Below, one piece after another: positions 36,302 to 46,790 of a stretch of 64,000 bases of DNA. Both the position numbers and the translations under genes were made by a program. This DNA comes from Candidatus Nitrosymbiomonas proteolyticus (GTDB lineage: Bacteria > Armatimonadota > Fimbriimonadia > Fimbriimonadales > Fimbriimonadaceae). How positions within the stretch are numbered: the first letter of the stretch is position 1; each line of letters starts with the position of its first letter. The notes under the pieces were generated by a model. The model was given only the letters and a program-made list of their open reading frames with translations. It was not told the DNA's origin and did no database searches. The stretch covers positions 1,256,472-1,320,471 of the forward strand of contig AP021858.1 of NCBI GenBank assembly GCA_017347465.1. Reading direction: 5' to 3'.

Positions 36302-37774
36302 TTATACGCGGTCAGGCGAGCCCGCCTTTGTGCGGGGAAGCGGCATGGTCGCCGCGCCGAGCAAGAAGATCGCGAGCGCGATTGGAACGACTTCGATTCC
36401 AGGGAACCTCTCCGCTTGCTTTGGTAGGATAAGGTTGGCCCTCAAAGGATAGGTGACTCCGAACGGCGCCCGCGCGACGATGTTTCCGCGAGCATCGACG
36501 GCGATCGAGTGGCCGAGCGAGGCCGATCTTGCTACGGGCAAGCCGGTTTCCACTGCCCGCCACACCGAAGCGCTCATGAGTTGCTCGGGCGCGCCGGTTC
36601 CCACATACCAATCGTCGATCGACATCACAGCCAGGAGTTGAGCCCCGTTTTTCGCTTGGTCGGCCGCCACGTCATAGAACAGTCCCTCAAAGCACAGCAT
36701 GGGGCCGACGGTCATCCCTGCGACCTGGATCGCGCTCGTTCGCTTAGAGGGGCGAAGGTCGCCCGTGGGGAGCTCGAACGCGTCCAAGAATGGGAGAGTC
36801 CCTCGGAGCGGAACGTACTCGCCGAACACGACGAGACGCCTCTTGTCAGCGTACTTCCATTCCCCATCGAACGCGAAGGCGGATTGGTAGCTCGGTTGGG
36901 GGCCGCGCGAGCCTCCGAAAAGGACCGGCAACCCAGGGGTGAGTTCGAACGGTACATCAGGCGGAACCTCGGTGCCTCCCATCGCCATGCCTTCGGGCAG
37001 GATCAAGAGTCGGGCCCTTTGGGCAAGGGCGGATTCGGAGAGTTCGGCCACCGCGACGCCCACCTTGCGGGCCTCTTCTTCGGGGTCGCTGAACGCCGCA
37101 TCGACCCCTGGCTGGCCGATGGTCACCGTTACGGGCTCGCCCACCTCGGGGGCGGTGTAGCGGGCGATCGAGAGCCCAAGCAGCCCCAAAAAGACCAACG
37201 CATGGTAGCGCAGTTGGTTCCAGCCGGTGCCGGAAAACAGCAGCACGACCCCGACGCTCGCCGCGACCACCCAGGCGGAAACAAGGTATTGCGTTCCGTA
37301 GTTGGCGAGTTGTATGAGGGGCGGATAGCGGTAAAGCGGGGTCGAAATCAGTCCCCAAGGGAAGGCGAGGATCGGCACGAAGGAACGAACGACCTCGAGG
37401 CCCGACCAAGCGACGGGGATCAGCCACTCCCGCTTCGACTTCAAGCACCGGCGCAGCACGAATCCGAGAAACGCGAAGTACGTTGCCCCCAGCAAGCACG
37501 CGCTGAACCAGGGAATCAGGCTGAGGAGGACGTTGCCCGTCCACTTGGCAACGAGCGGCTGGACGAATTGCATCTGGTGCAGCCAGAACAGAAGCCCAAA
37601 CAGATAGCCGGACTTGATGGCTTGCTTGGAGTCAAGTTCGCGGAGACTCAGAAGCCAAGGTACGAGCGCGACGAACACGAGCAGCCCCAGGTTCAAGGGC
37701 GGAAACGCGAGCGCGATGAGAACGACGCTCGCGGTTGCCGGACCATACGGGCGCAGCCTATCGCGCAGCGCCAT
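36302..37774 (-). CDS. lnt: apolipoprotein N-acyltransferase
   Basis: Multi-TM N-terminal half plus a C-terminal CN-hydrolase domain (LLILPE, MLCFE catalytic Cys). 490 aa. Confidence 0.85.
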   Translation of the reverse strand: MALRDRLRPYGPATASVVLIALAFPPLNLGLLVFVALVPWLLSLRELDSKQAIKSGYLFGLLFWLHQMQFVQPLVAKWTGNVLLSLIPWFSACLLGATYFAFLGFVLRRCLKSKREWLIPVAWSGLEVVRSFVPILAFPWGLISTPLYRYPPLIQLANYGTQYLVSAWVVAASVGVVLLFSGTGWNQLRYHALVFLGLLGLSIARYTAPEVGEPVTVTIGQPGVDAAFSDPEEEARKVGVAVAELSESALAQRARLLILPEGMAMGGTEVPPDVPFELTPGLPVLFGGSRGPQPSYQSAFAFDGEWKYADKRRLVVFGEYVPLRGTLPFLDAFELPTGDLRPSKRTSAIQVAGMTVGPMLCFEGLFYDVAADQAKNGAQLLAVMSIDDWYVGTGAPEQLMSASVWRAVETGLPVARSASLGHSIAVDARGNIVARAPFGVTYPLRANLILPKQAERFPGIEVVPIALAIFLLGAATMPLPRTKAGSPDRV

Positions 37775-38399
37775 CGAGCCCTCCCGCCTTGACCTGAAGC
37801 CCGTTCAAGTGCTCGATGCAGGCATACCGAACGAGGGTCCAGAGGCCATCGGGCCTGCGTTCCAGTTCGGAAACGCTTGCGTTCGGAAACCGAAAGCTCC
37901 TCGCCGACTCGATGTTTCCTCGGAGCAACCGCGCGAGGATCATCCCCCCTGCGCCGCCGTGGGTGACGACGGCAGTAGGCTCGTTCCAGTCGGAGGCCTC
38001 TTTTTCGATCCATTCGAGACGGTTCCAAAGGTCGCGAGGCGACTCGCCCTGCGGCGGGCGGATGTCCAGGTAAAACGGGTCGTCTGGGTCTGCCCGGAGC
38101 CGCCGAAGCCGCTGGATCTCCTCGAAGGGAAAGCCCTCCCACTCTCCCAGGTGGGTCTCGCGCAGCAAGGGATCGACGCAAACCCTCGCGCCGCATACGA
38201 CCGCGATGGGCTCGGCGGTCGAGCGGCTGCGAGTGAGGTCGGACGTGTGTACCGTAGCGAGCGCGACTCCCCGGAACCTCTCCGCGAGCCGTTCGGCTTG
38301 GAGCCGCCCCACTTCGTCGAGCGGAATGTCGGTGTGCCCTTGGGCCCTTTCGCTCAAGTTCCAAGCCGTTTGAGCGTGCCGGACCAAATACAGGCGCAT
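37758..38399 (-). CDS. histidine phosphatase family protein (PGM/CobC-like)
   Basis: MRLYLVRHAQTAWN (RHG motif variant) and VVTHGG. The 557-aa ORF in the track is an artefactual extension. Confidence 0.8.
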   Translation of the reverse strand: MRLYLVRHAQTAWNLSERAQGHTDIPLDEVGRLQAERLAERFRGVALATVHTSDLTRSRSTAEPIAVVCGARVCVDPLLRETHLGEWEGFPFEEIQRLRRLRADPDDPFYLDIRPPQGESPRDLWNRLEWIEKEASDWNEPTAVVTHGGAGGMILARLLRGNIESARSFRFPNASVSELERRPDGLWTLVRYACIEHLNGLQVKAGGLDGAAR

Positions 38400-38422
38400 T
38401 CTGCGTTTATACCCATCCACCC

Positions 38423-39340
38423 CTACAGCGACCAACTGGGGGCTTCCCCAAGTTCCTGAGCCTCGACGCCGATGCGTAAGCCGCCGATGCGCAGGAGGTC
38501 GACAACCGCCGGAGAGACCGCAGGGCTCAGAATCCGAAAAGCGCCGGTGTGGAAGTTCGCTTCGCGGATGACCCCTAACGCAAAGTCCTCGCCGTCGGAC
38601 CTGGCGAACGAGCAGACGACATCGTGATAGGCCGAAGGCGAGACCGACTGCGCACGGTCGCAGCCGGAATAATCGAGCGCCCGGGCGATGGTCTCCGCGT
38701 CGAAGGTTTCGTCCCCTACGATCCAGAGCTTGCCCCCTTGAATCTCGGCGCGCAACGCGCGGGAGAGTCCGGCCTGTTCGAGTTCGACCGCATTGAGCGC
38801 GCGCCCCGAACCCAGCCGAACCCCTTCCAAGGTCACCTGAAACATCGAAATCGAATGAACTTCGCACTCTGAGAACCACTGCCGCCACCGAGCCCGCCGC
38901 TTGGACGCCGCCACTGCTCCGGGGAGCGCAGGCTCGCATTCGACTTCTTCGACAGGAGCGGGCCAAGGGCTGAGCGGAAGCGGAGTTCCTGAGGCCATCA
39001 GGATTTGCGTGGGGCGCGCCAGCTCGATGATACAACGAGCCAACTGTTGAATCAGCGGCGAGGCGGTTACGGGAAACAACTGCACGACGCCCTCCTCTCG
39101 GATTTCCGGCAGGAGCGTTGCGGCTGCCCGAACGAGGATGTGAGGGGACCGGCGGGGCGACAATCCGCCATAGAACCGCCAAGCGACGACGGTCTCCCCG
39201 CGAATGAGGGCCAGCCTGCCGGGCGGTCCGTGCGAACTGTCTGCGGGGTCGAGGCACAGCCGATCTCGGCCGTCCAGCTCCTCCTGCAGCCAGGGGTTCC
39301 AGTTGGAGTTTGTGCCGCCGACGAGCAGCGTCAGTCCCAT
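38423..39340 (-). CDS. hypothetical protein
   Basis: 305-aa ORF with protein-like composition in the same operon orientation. The N-terminal LLVGGTNSNW resembles a degenerate P-loop. No confident family. Confidence 0.45.
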   Translation of the reverse strand: MGLTLLVGGTNSNWNPWLQEELDGRDRLCLDPADSSHGPPGRLALIRGETVVAWRFYGGLSPRRSPHILVRAAATLLPEIREEGVVQLFPVTASPLIQQLARCIIELARPTQILMASGTPLPLSPWPAPVEEVECEPALPGAVAASKRRARWRQWFSECEVHSISMFQVTLEGVRLGSGRALNAVELEQAGLSRALRAEIQGGKLWIVGDETFDAETIARALDYSGCDRAQSVSPSAYHDVVCSFARSDGEDFALGVIREANFHTGAFRILSPAVSPAVVDLLRIGGLRIGVEAQELGEAPSWSL

Positions 39341-39502
39341 GATGCGAGTATGTACCGGCAGGGACCTTGAAAAAAGCGAGGGGGGAGAAAGTAAGGGAGG
39401 GAGCTTCCGTGCTCCAGACCTCCGTTTCCACCTAGTCCGTGGTGTCTCCGCGGGTAATGATACCTCTCTGACGCGCCACGGTCAACCCGGTATCGGCCGG
39501 TC

Positions 39503-40351
39503 CTAGGGGAATCGCTCCTCGATCCTGGCGTTCTTGCGGAGTTCGTCGAGAGTTTGGGTCCGCGCCGTTTGCATGTACTGGTTGCGGAGGTCTTCGAGCA
39601 CCTGACCCTCTGCGGAATCCCCCCTACGGTCGAGCCGGAAGATCTGAAAGCCGTTGGACGTTCGGGCGGGGCGAGTGATTCCTCCAGGCGCGATCTTGGC
39701 GAGTTCTGCGGCGGCGGATGCGGGAAAAGCGGAGACCTGCCGCCAACCGATGTGCCCGTGCGACTGCAAAATGCGCTCGTCGGACTGAAATCGCTTGAGC
39801 ACAAGGTCCCACGAGTTGCCGGCTACGAGGTCCTGATAGGCCCCTTCAGCGAGCTTCCGAGCCTCCTCCACGTCCTCCGGCCGCGAGCCAGCTAGGGGAA
39901 CGATGATCGACGAAACGTCAACGAAGGCCTTTCGGTCGAATTTGGAGAGCGCGATCTGGTCGAGCAAGAGCTGACTCTTGATTCTCAAGTAGAGCCTTGA
40001 CTTGGGGAAACCTTGCTCCAGCAAGGCTCGATCGGTCGAGGTCGCTTGAGGGTTCTGCGCCTTCATTCGTGCGATCTGCGCTTCGATCTCTTGCTCGACC
40101 TGCTCTTCGGAGACGCTCATACCCATCGACTTCGCCCGTTGCGTGACGAGCCGAAAGGTAATCAGGTCTTGCAGGGCCTCGAACGCCCTCCAGTCCCACG
40201 TCAAAGACTCGACGTCCGCCGCCCGGATCGGAACGCCGTCGATCAAGGCAAGGATCTCCGACGATCCGGGCCTCTTGGCGAGGTATCGGGCTGGGACGTC
40301 ACCGGCAGTCTGCGGGATTGCCGCCGCCATCAGAAGGATCGCCAGGAGCAT
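39503..40351 (-). CDS. parvulin-type peptidyl-prolyl isomerase (SurA/PrsA-like), secreted
   Basis: Start at MLLAILLMAAAIPQTAG (signal peptide), 5 nt after the upstream stop. The PPIC rotamase region ends GFQIFRL. Confidence 0.75.
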   Translation of the reverse strand: MLLAILLMAAAIPQTAGDVPARYLAKRPGSSEILALIDGVPIRAADVESLTWDWRAFEALQDLITFRLVTQRAKSMGMSVSEEQVEQEIEAQIARMKAQNPQATSTDRALLEQGFPKSRLYLRIKSQLLLDQIALSKFDRKAFVDVSSIIVPLAGSRPEDVEEARKLAEGAYQDLVAGNSWDLVLKRFQSDERILQSHGHIGWRQVSAFPASAAAELAKIAPGGITRPARTSNGFQIFRLDRRGDSAEGQVLEDLRNQYMQTARTQTLDELRKNARIEERFP

Positions 40352-40356
40352 CGCTT

Positions 40357-41370
40357 TCAATCTTCCAGTACGCTTCGGTAAGTGTCCACGATCCGGTCCG
40401 CGCATTGGTCGATGTGGTAGCGATCGAGGACTCGGATGCGTGCCGCCGACCCCACCGTTTCCAGGGTGATCGGCAAGCCTAGGAGTTCGACGATTCGGGA
40501 GCCCAGGAGTTCGTCAGAGGCAAACAAGAAACCCGAAATCTCGGGATCGACCATTTCAGGGAGGCCCCCGCCGTGCCGAAGCAGAACGGCCCGTGAGAGC
40601 GCCATGGCCTCGCACGCGACCCTGCTGAAGCCGGACCGGGACTCGGGAACGATGACGAGGTCGGAGGCCGAAAGCAGCGTCAGGGGGTCGGCGACGCAGC
40701 CGAGGATTCGAACGCGCTCGCTATCGACGGACCTAGCCCTCGACGCGAGTTCGTCGGCCATCGGCCCTTCACCGGCGATCGCGAGGAGCACGTCGGGGTG
40801 TTCGGCCGCAACCTGAGGAAGGGCGTCGATCAGCGCGGATAGCCCGCTTTCTGAGACCCAGCGGCTCATCCCCACAAGGAGCTTGGCGCCTTCGGGAAGG
40901 TCGAACTGGGCGCGGGCTTCGGCCTTCGTCGGGGGAGGCGAGGGAGGATCAGGGACCCCCGGCGGGATCATCACGAGATCGAGCGCCATCGCTTCGTCGA
41001 GTACCTTGCGCACGGCGTACGAACTGCAGATTCCGAATTGGGCGCAGTTGAGCTTGTCGATCAATAGGCGGTGCGTCGTCTTCGGCATGTCGATGGCCGA
41101 ATACACCCATGCCTCTCCGTACCCGATCGCTACGCCGCAAGCCCACGCGCAACGGTAGCCGAAGGCATGAACCAAGTCGTAAGGCTCGCACAGCTTCTTG
41201 AGCCTTTCTGATACTGCCTTGTCGGTCTTCCGGCCAGTGGGCAGCGGCATCCATTCGGTGGCGTCCACGATGTCGGCGTCGTACCCGCGTTGCTTTAGTG
41301 CCCCTTTGAGGTCGCGAACATGCGCGGCGATCGCTCCGAACGACTGTCGATGCAGCAGGAGGACCTTCAT
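40357..41370 (-). CDS. family 4 (GT-B) glycosyltransferase
   Basis: 337 aa. The C-terminal half has an E-x7-E-like motif region (PESRSGFSRVACEAMALSRAVLL). Start overlaps the MoxR stop by 4 nt. Confidence 0.75.
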   Translation of the reverse strand: MKVLLLHRQSFGAIAAHVRDLKGALKQRGYDADIVDATEWMPLPTGRKTDKAVSERLKKLCEPYDLVHAFGYRCAWACGVAIGYGEAWVYSAIDMPKTTHRLLIDKLNCAQFGICSSYAVRKVLDEAMALDLVMIPPGVPDPPSPPPTKAEARAQFDLPEGAKLLVGMSRWVSESGLSALIDALPQVAAEHPDVLLAIAGEGPMADELASRARSVDSERVRILGCVADPLTLLSASDLVIVPESRSGFSRVACEAMALSRAVLLRHGGGLPEMVDPEISGFLFASDELLGSRIVELLGLPITLETVGSAARIRVLDRYHIDQCADRIVDTYRSVLED

Positions 41371-42314
41371 CTCGGAACGACTTGAGCTTCGATCAGGCTT
41401 TGGAGGACCCGGTTGGCGGTCAGCCCTTCGACTTCAGCTTCCGGCCGCAGGATCACCCTATGCCGCAAAATGGGCAGCGCGACGTCCTTGATGTCGTCAG
41501 GGATCACGAATTCGCGCCCCCGAATGGCCGCAAGAGCCTTGCCGCAATTGAGCATCGCGATCCCCGCGCGAGGAGAGGCGCCCACGAGGATGTCCGTGGC
41601 CCTTCGAGTCGAAGCCACAGTCTGCTGAATGTAATCCAGAATCTTTTCTTCGACGCCGATCTCGCGGACCCGCGATTGCATGGCGAGGAGTTCCTCTCGC
41701 GCGACGACTCGCTGCAGGTTGGCCGAGTCGAGGTTTTCGGGTCGGAAACCCGAGTGGTGTCGCCGCAAGATGTCGACTTCGACTTCGTTCGGCGGGTACT
41801 CGATGACCACCTTGAGCAGGAAGCGGTCGAGTTGGGCTTCGGGCAGAGGGTAGGTTCCCTCGAACTCGATGGGGTTTTGGGTGGCGAAAACGATGAACGG
41901 GGGCCCCAGGGTGTGGCGCTCGCCGTCGATCGTGACCCCTCTCTCTTCCATGGCCTCCAAGAGAGCGGCTTGGGTTTTGGGCGGAGTACGGTTGATCTCA
42001 TCGGCCAGCAGAACTTGGGTGAACACCGGGCCGAACCGGAGCTTGAAGTCCCCGGACTTTGCGTCGAAAATGTTGGTGCCGAGCACGTCGCTAGGCATGA
42101 GATCGGGAGTGAACTGAATGCGGCCGTATTCCAGCCCCAACGTTCGGGCGATCGCGCGGACGAGCAGAGATTTGCCGATCCCCGGAACGCCCTCGAGGAG
42201 CACGTGCCCGTTGGCGAGCAGGGCGACGATGCAGTGCTCGACCGCGGCCTCTTGCCCCACGATCGCCTTACCGATCTCCTTCTTGAGTTCGACTACGACA
42301 GATTCGACGTTCAT
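41367..42314 (-). CDS. MoxR-family AAA+ ATPase
   Basis: GHVLLEGVPGIGKS Walker A, LLADEINR Walker B, FIVFATQNP sensor. 315 aa. Confidence 0.9.
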   Translation of the reverse strand: MNVESVVVELKKEIGKAIVGQEAAVEHCIVALLANGHVLLEGVPGIGKSLLVRAIARTLGLEYGRIQFTPDLMPSDVLGTNIFDAKSGDFKLRFGPVFTQVLLADEINRTPPKTQAALLEAMEERGVTIDGERHTLGPPFIVFATQNPIEFEGTYPLPEAQLDRFLLKVVIEYPPNEVEVDILRRHHSGFRPENLDSANLQRVVAREELLAMQSRVREIGVEEKILDYIQQTVASTRRATDILVGASPRAGIAMLNCGKALAAIRGREFVIPDDIKDVALPILRHRVILRPEAEVEGLTANRVLQSLIEAQVVPR

Positions 42315-42362
42315 TGCGGTCTCCGAATGCGCGGGAGCTTGGATCGTACCCCGCTCGTTCGT

Positions 42363-44159
42363 TTATCCATACAAGGGTCCGAAGTGGGCGCAGGCGCGGA
42401 AGTCCGCGCCGCAAGGGTCGAGAGTCGCGCCCAACCGCGACCAGACCGCAGGCTGAAACACACGGCATAGGGGAACGTTGTGCATATCGACGGGAATGCG
42501 GAGCATCGATGCCAGCGTGAGGAGGTCTCCGCCCACGTGTCCGACGCAGATCGCTCCGTGATTCGCGCCCCAGTGGTTCATCACGTTGTAGGGATCATCG
42601 AACGGGTAGCTCCCGGTCAGGTTGGGCACGAACCAAGTGGTCGGCCAAGTGGGGTTCGTTCGCCGATCGAGCGCGTCGTGAACGAGCGGGGGCAATTCGA
42701 CCGTCCAGCCTTCCGCGATTTGGAGGACCGGCCCCAAGCCTCCGACGAGGTTGATTCGGCACATCGTACAGGGAATATCGCCGCGAGTCGTGAAGTCCGT
42801 CGACCACCCGCCGCCGGGGAAGTAGCCGGTGTCGCTGGCCCTCCAGAGGGTCGCCCCCAAGTACTTGGCGACGTCGCCTTCAGCCACGTTCCACCACGGC
42901 AGGATCGTGTGGCTTCCGTTCTCGGCCGATTCGCCCGTCCAATCGAGTGCCGAAGGGCCTGAGTTGATCAGGTGCAAGATTCCGAGTTCCGCGCGCCCCT
43001 GCAACTTATGGTTCGCGACGCGCTGAACCGCCTCCGGACTCCAGAACGTACGGACGTCGGAAAAAAGCTGGGCGGTTCCGGTCAAGAGGTGTCCCAGCAG
43101 CATCGAGGCGGCGTTTAGGGCGTCGTTCTCGGTGGCGAAGACATAAGGTTGACGGACGCCGTTCCAATCGAAACTCGAGCACAGGATTGCTTCCATGAAG
43201 TCGCCGTTGGGGAAGTGGTCGGTCCATTGCCTTTGGCCCTGAAACCCTCCGGCTAGTGCGTTGTGTCCGCGTGATTCTTCGACGAATCCCATTTCGGCGA
43301 GCTTGGGGCTGCCGCACATGACGTCGCGAGCGATGAGAGTCATCTTGACGCTGGTGTCCCAATCCGAGTCTTTCTGCGCGCGAGTGCGCCGCTTGTGAGG
43401 CGGGTTGGGGTCGTCGCCCTCGAAGCAGTTCGAGGCGGTCCAAGCCCTTGCGGCCGCGTACTCTTCAGGATCGAAAATGCCTCGTTCCATCCGCCGGACG
43501 AACTCGGTCATATCGACGGATTCGACCCTCATGCCGAGATAGCGCTCGAAAAACGAAGGTTCGACGATCGAGCCGCCGATTCCCATCGATACTCCTCCAA
43601 GAGCGAGGTATGAGGAGCCTCGCATCGTCGCGACCGCGAGCCCCGCCCTCACGAAGGCGAGGATTTTGTCTTCGACGTCTTCGGGGATCGCGGTGTCGCC
43701 CAGGTCTTGAACCTGGCGTCCGTAGATTCCAAACGCTGGCAGGCCCTTCTGGGCGTGAGAAGCGAGGGTCGCCGCGAGGTAAACCGCCCCGGGCCGCTCC
43801 GTTCCATTGAACCCCCAAATCGCCTTCGGGCGGAGCGGGTCCATGTCCATCGTTTCGGAGCCGTAACACCAGCAAGGGGTGACGGTGAGCGAAGCCCCGA
43901 CCCCTTCGCGCTCGAACTTCGCCGCGCACTGAGCCGCTTCTGCCACGCCGCCGATGCAGGAGTCCGCGATTACGACTTCAATCGGTAGGCCGTTGGCATG
44001 ACGGAGCCTAGAGGTCACGAGGTCGGCCACGGCTCTTGCCATGGCGAGGGTCGGACCTTCGAGCGACTCGCGCACTCCGCCATATCGGCCATCGATCGTG
44101 GGGCGGATGCCGAGTTTCGGAGGAGGAGCGGCGAGTCGATTGAGCGCTTTGGGGTGCAT
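42363..44159 (-). CDS. fucI: L-fucose isomerase family protein
   Basis: Collinear with E. coli FucI from residue 1 as I remember it: [21 protein letters not shown] and [17 protein letters not shown]. 598 aa. The upstream 144 codons of the ORF are Arg/Pro-rich with no support. Confidence 0.85.
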   Translation of the reverse strand: MHPKALNRLAAPPPKLGIRPTIDGRYGGVRESLEGPTLAMARAVADLVTSRLRHANGLPIEVVIADSCIGGVAEAAQCAAKFEREGVGASLTVTPCWCYGSETMDMDPLRPKAIWGFNGTERPGAVYLAATLASHAQKGLPAFGIYGRQVQDLGDTAIPEDVEDKILAFVRAGLAVATMRGSSYLALGGVSMGIGGSIVEPSFFERYLGMRVESVDMTEFVRRMERGIFDPEEYAAARAWTASNCFEGDDPNPPHKRRTRAQKDSDWDTSVKMTLIARDVMCGSPKLAEMGFVEESRGHNALAGGFQGQRQWTDHFPNGDFMEAILCSSFDWNGVRQPYVFATENDALNAASMLLGHLLTGTAQLFSDVRTFWSPEAVQRVANHKLQGRAELGILHLINSGPSALDWTGESAENGSHTILPWWNVAEGDVAKYLGATLWRASDTGYFPGGGWSTDFTTRGDIPCTMCRINLVGGLGPVLQIAEGWTVELPPLVHDALDRRTNPTWPTTWFVPNLTGSYPFDDPYNVMNHWGANHGAICVGHVGGDLLTLASMLRIPVDMHNVPLCRVFQPAVWSRLGATLDPCGADFRACAHFGPLYG

Positions 44160-44194
44160 GGTTGTTTCCTTCGACGGGAAGATGGGGATTGCCT

Positions 44195-44737
44195 TCAGGA
44201 TTCGAGCAGTAGGGCCAGGACCTCGCGCGGGCCGTGGACGCCGTGGATGAGGATGCCCTCGATATCGGCTGTCCGGCTTGGACCGGAAATCAGGACGGAA
44301 GTGCGTCCCCGCGATCTCTCGAGGGCCTCCGCGAGGCTCCCGCAGAGCGCGAGAGGAGGAATCAACGCAAGGTGCGAATTCGGGGTTAGAGAGGCGAGGC
44401 GCCTGCGGCCGGGTCCGGCCCTGAGCAAAAGGCTCCCCGTCGTGGCCACCGCCGCGTCGCAGAGAGTCACCCCTAGTTTCGCCTGCCAGGGGTCGTCCGT
44501 TCGGTGCGGCAACACTCCCGCAGGGAGCAACGGTAGAACGTCGCCGTCGAAGAGGACCGGTCCCTCCACCCAGTCGGCGAGGTCCTCCCAATTCACCACC
44601 CTACCACCAAGCTCCTCGAATCTCGCCCGAAACTCCGCCCACGAGGCGGGCGATTGGGGAAGCCGCTCCCCATTCCTGCCAGCAGGTCGGGGCCTTACGC
44701 CGGGAAGTGCCCCAAGGATGCGGTCACGAGCGCTCAT
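44195..44737 (-). CDS. lutC: lactate utilization protein C (LUD domain)
   Basis: Start at [19 protein letters not shown] motif. Follows lutB with a 14-nt overlap. Confidence 0.75.
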   Translation of the reverse strand: MSARDRILGALPGVRPRPAGRNGERLPQSPASWAEFRARFEELGGRVVNWEDLADWVEGPVLFDGDVLPLLPAGVLPHRTDDPWQAKLGVTLCDAAVATTGSLLLRAGPGRRRLASLTPNSHLALIPPLALCGSLAEALERSRGRTSVLISGPSRTADIEGILIHGVHGPREVLALLLES

Positions 44738-46082
44738 TCCACCACCTTCTGAACTCCCGTCCTTCGGCTTCGGGCGCGCGGTGGGATTTCGTCCAGCCGG
44801 AACGCCCTGAGGCGAGTCCAGGCGCCCATCGCAGCAATGCGAGCGCCGATTTCCATATCCACAGGCGCGTGCAGGCAACGACGAAGGGCCTCCAATCCAG
44901 ACTCTTCGTCAGCTTCCGATCGGTACCCTGCCTTCGGAGTTCGAGCAGCATCGAGGGAATGGGAATGGCAACGGGGCAAACCGACTCGCATCTGCCGCAA
45001 AGGGTCGAAGCCCTCGCGAGTTGGCCGTAGGTCTCGACTCCCCCAAGCATCGGGGCCATGATTGCGCCCAAGGGACCGCTGTAAACGTGCCCGTACGCGT
45101 GTCCCGATCCCTCCCGGTAGACGGGGCAGGCGTTGAGGCAGGCTCCGCACCGGATGCAGCGCAGAATCGACCTCAGGGGGGAGTTCAAGGTGGCAGTGCG
45201 ACCGTTATCGAGCAATACGACGTGGACTTCTTGCGGGCCGTCGGTCTCGTCGTTCCGTCTAGGGCCCTGAATGAAGTGAACATAAGTTGTGAGAGTTTGG
45301 CCGACTCCCGACCCCGCGAGGAGGTGAAGAAACTCCGGCAGCGACTCTTCGTCGGGAAGCAGCTTCTCGATCCCCATCAGGGCGATATGAACGTCGGGCG
45401 CGGTCGTCGAAAGTCGGTTGTTGCCCTCGTTCTCGACGATCACGAGCCGCCCCGTGTCGGCGATCGCAAAGTTCACCCCGCTGATTCCGACCTTCGCCGA
45501 ACGGAACTTCTCCCGTAAGTGATTTCGCGCTTGGAGGGTCAATTCTTCGGGGGATTCGGTGTAGTTCCCCAAGCCCTCGCGTTCAAACGCGGCCGCCACC
45601 TCAAAGCGGGTCTTGTGAATGATCGGAGTCACGATATGGCTGGGAGTGTCGTCGGTGATTTGCACGACGAACTCGCCCAAGTCGGTCTCGACGACCTGAT
45701 AGCCAAGGCCCGCAAGGTGTTCGTTGAGGCCGATTTCTTCGGTCGCCATCGACTTGCCCTTGACGATCACGTCCCCGAAGCCGCAACGCCGGGCGACGAT
45801 TTCCGAGACGATCTGCCTCGCCTCCGCCGCGTCGAATGCCCAATGAACCCTCGTCCCAGAGGCTTCGCAGGCGCCCTCGAACCGCAAGAGCAACGTCTTC
45901 AGGTTCGCAAGAACGTCCTCCTTGAGCGAGGCAGCCGCTTGGCGCGTTTCTTCAAGGCGATCACCGAACACCTCGCCCAGCGCCCTCGCCCGGCCTTGGG
46001 TGCGGAGGATCGACGCCAGGCGTACCGAGTCCTTGGTCGCCTGTGGAAGTCGCTCGACGAACCTGTCGAAGTCCCTCCTCAC
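44724..46082 (-). CDS. lutB: lactate utilization iron-sulfur protein LutB
   Basis: Two 4Fe-4S motifs (CIRCGACLNACPVY and CGRCESVCPV) plus a DUF162/LUD region. 452 aa. Confidence 0.85.
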   Translation of the reverse strand: MRRDFDRFVERLPQATKDSVRLASILRTQGRARALGEVFGDRLEETRQAAASLKEDVLANLKTLLLRFEGACEASGTRVHWAFDAAEARQIVSEIVARRCGFGDVIVKGKSMATEEIGLNEHLAGLGYQVVETDLGEFVVQITDDTPSHIVTPIIHKTRFEVAAAFEREGLGNYTESPEELTLQARNHLREKFRSAKVGISGVNFAIADTGRLVIVENEGNNRLSTTAPDVHIALMGIEKLLPDEESLPEFLHLLAGSGVGQTLTTYVHFIQGPRRNDETDGPQEVHVVLLDNGRTATLNSPLRSILRCIRCGACLNACPVYREGSGHAYGHVYSGPLGAIMAPMLGGVETYGQLARASTLCGRCESVCPVAIPIPSMLLELRRQGTDRKLTKSLDWRPFVVACTRLWIWKSALALLRWAPGLASGRSGWTKSHRAPEAEGREFRRWWNERS

Positions 46083-46786
46083 CGGTCGATCACCTCGGCA
46101 AGGAGCTGCGCATAGTGCAGGAACCGCAACGAGGGACCGTCTTGCGCTTGAAGGGTCATTAGGTGGAGGGCGCAGCCCATGTCGGTGGTGACGACGAGGT
46201 CGGGCTTTGCGGCATTCAGCGACTCCAGCTTATGGAGTCCCATGCCTCGGGACGTGGCGGGATGTTCTGCGGAGAAGACGCCCCCGAACCCGCAGCAGGT
46301 TTCCGATTCCGAAAACTGCGCCCACTCGACGCCGGGGATCATGCTGACAAGGCGTTGGGGTCCGTCGCCGAGCCCCAACTCGCGGCCGTGGCAGGCGACG
46401 TGAAACGCAACTCGTCGCCTCGGGGCCACCCGCGAGCCTTCTTGCGGCCAGCGCTTCACGCCGAGGTGGTGCAGCAGGTATTCGGACAACTCCAAACAGC
46501 GGGGGGCGTCGACCCCGAGCGCTGCCCACCCCTTTCGCACCATCGCCGCGCAGGAGGCGCTCGGAGTCACGACCGGCAGGTCGGGCCGGAAGACCTGGGC
46601 CGCCCGCCGAGCGACTTCTTTCGCAGCATCCCAGTCGCCCGAATTATAAGGGGGCTGTCCGCAACACGTCTGACCCTCAGGAAACACTACCCGGCAACCG
46701 GCGTGTTCGAGGACCTTCACCGTGGCGATCCCGACCTCTCCGAAGAAAGCGTCGCATAGGCACGTGAGCATCAGTTGCGCTTGCAT
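46079..46786 (-). CDS. lutA: (Fe-S)-binding CCG-domain oxidoreductase LutA
   Basis: LTCLCDAFF and CCGQP, repeated as CCGFGG (CCG domains). 235 aa. 4-nt overlap with lutB. Confidence 0.85.
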   Translation of the reverse strand: MQAQLMLTCLCDAFFGEVGIATVKVLEHAGCRVVFPEGQTCCGQPPYNSGDWDAAKEVARRAAQVFRPDLPVVTPSASCAAMVRKGWAALGVDAPRCLELSEYLLHHLGVKRWPQEGSRVAPRRRVAFHVACHGRELGLGDGPQRLVSMIPGVEWAQFSESETCCGFGGVFSAEHPATSRGMGLHKLESLNAAKPDLVVTTDMGCALHLMTLQAQDGPSLRFLHYAQLLAEVIDR

Positions 46787-46790
46787 GACC

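Noticed and set aside
37758-39431. 557-aa ORF spanning the histidine phosphatase and the upstream region
   Set aside because: The N-terminal 340 residues are Arg/Pro/Gly-rich and overlap, in another frame, the better 305-aa ORF at 38423-39340. The real gene starts at MRLYLVRH (38399).
39341-39502. Possible riboswitch or structured leader between the PPIase gene and the downstream hypothetical gene
   Set aside because: Nested hairpins are present (CCGTGG...CCACGG and GGAGG-GGAGC...GCTCC-CTCC) and a distant T-run. I could not match any known riboswitch core, and it may simply be a weak terminator.
44160-44591. N-terminal 144-codon extension of the fucose isomerase ORF
   Set aside because: The extension is Arg/Pro/Gly-rich and overlaps lutC on the same strand in another frame. 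Homology to FucI begins exactly at the internal Met, which has an AAGGAA ribosome-binding site.
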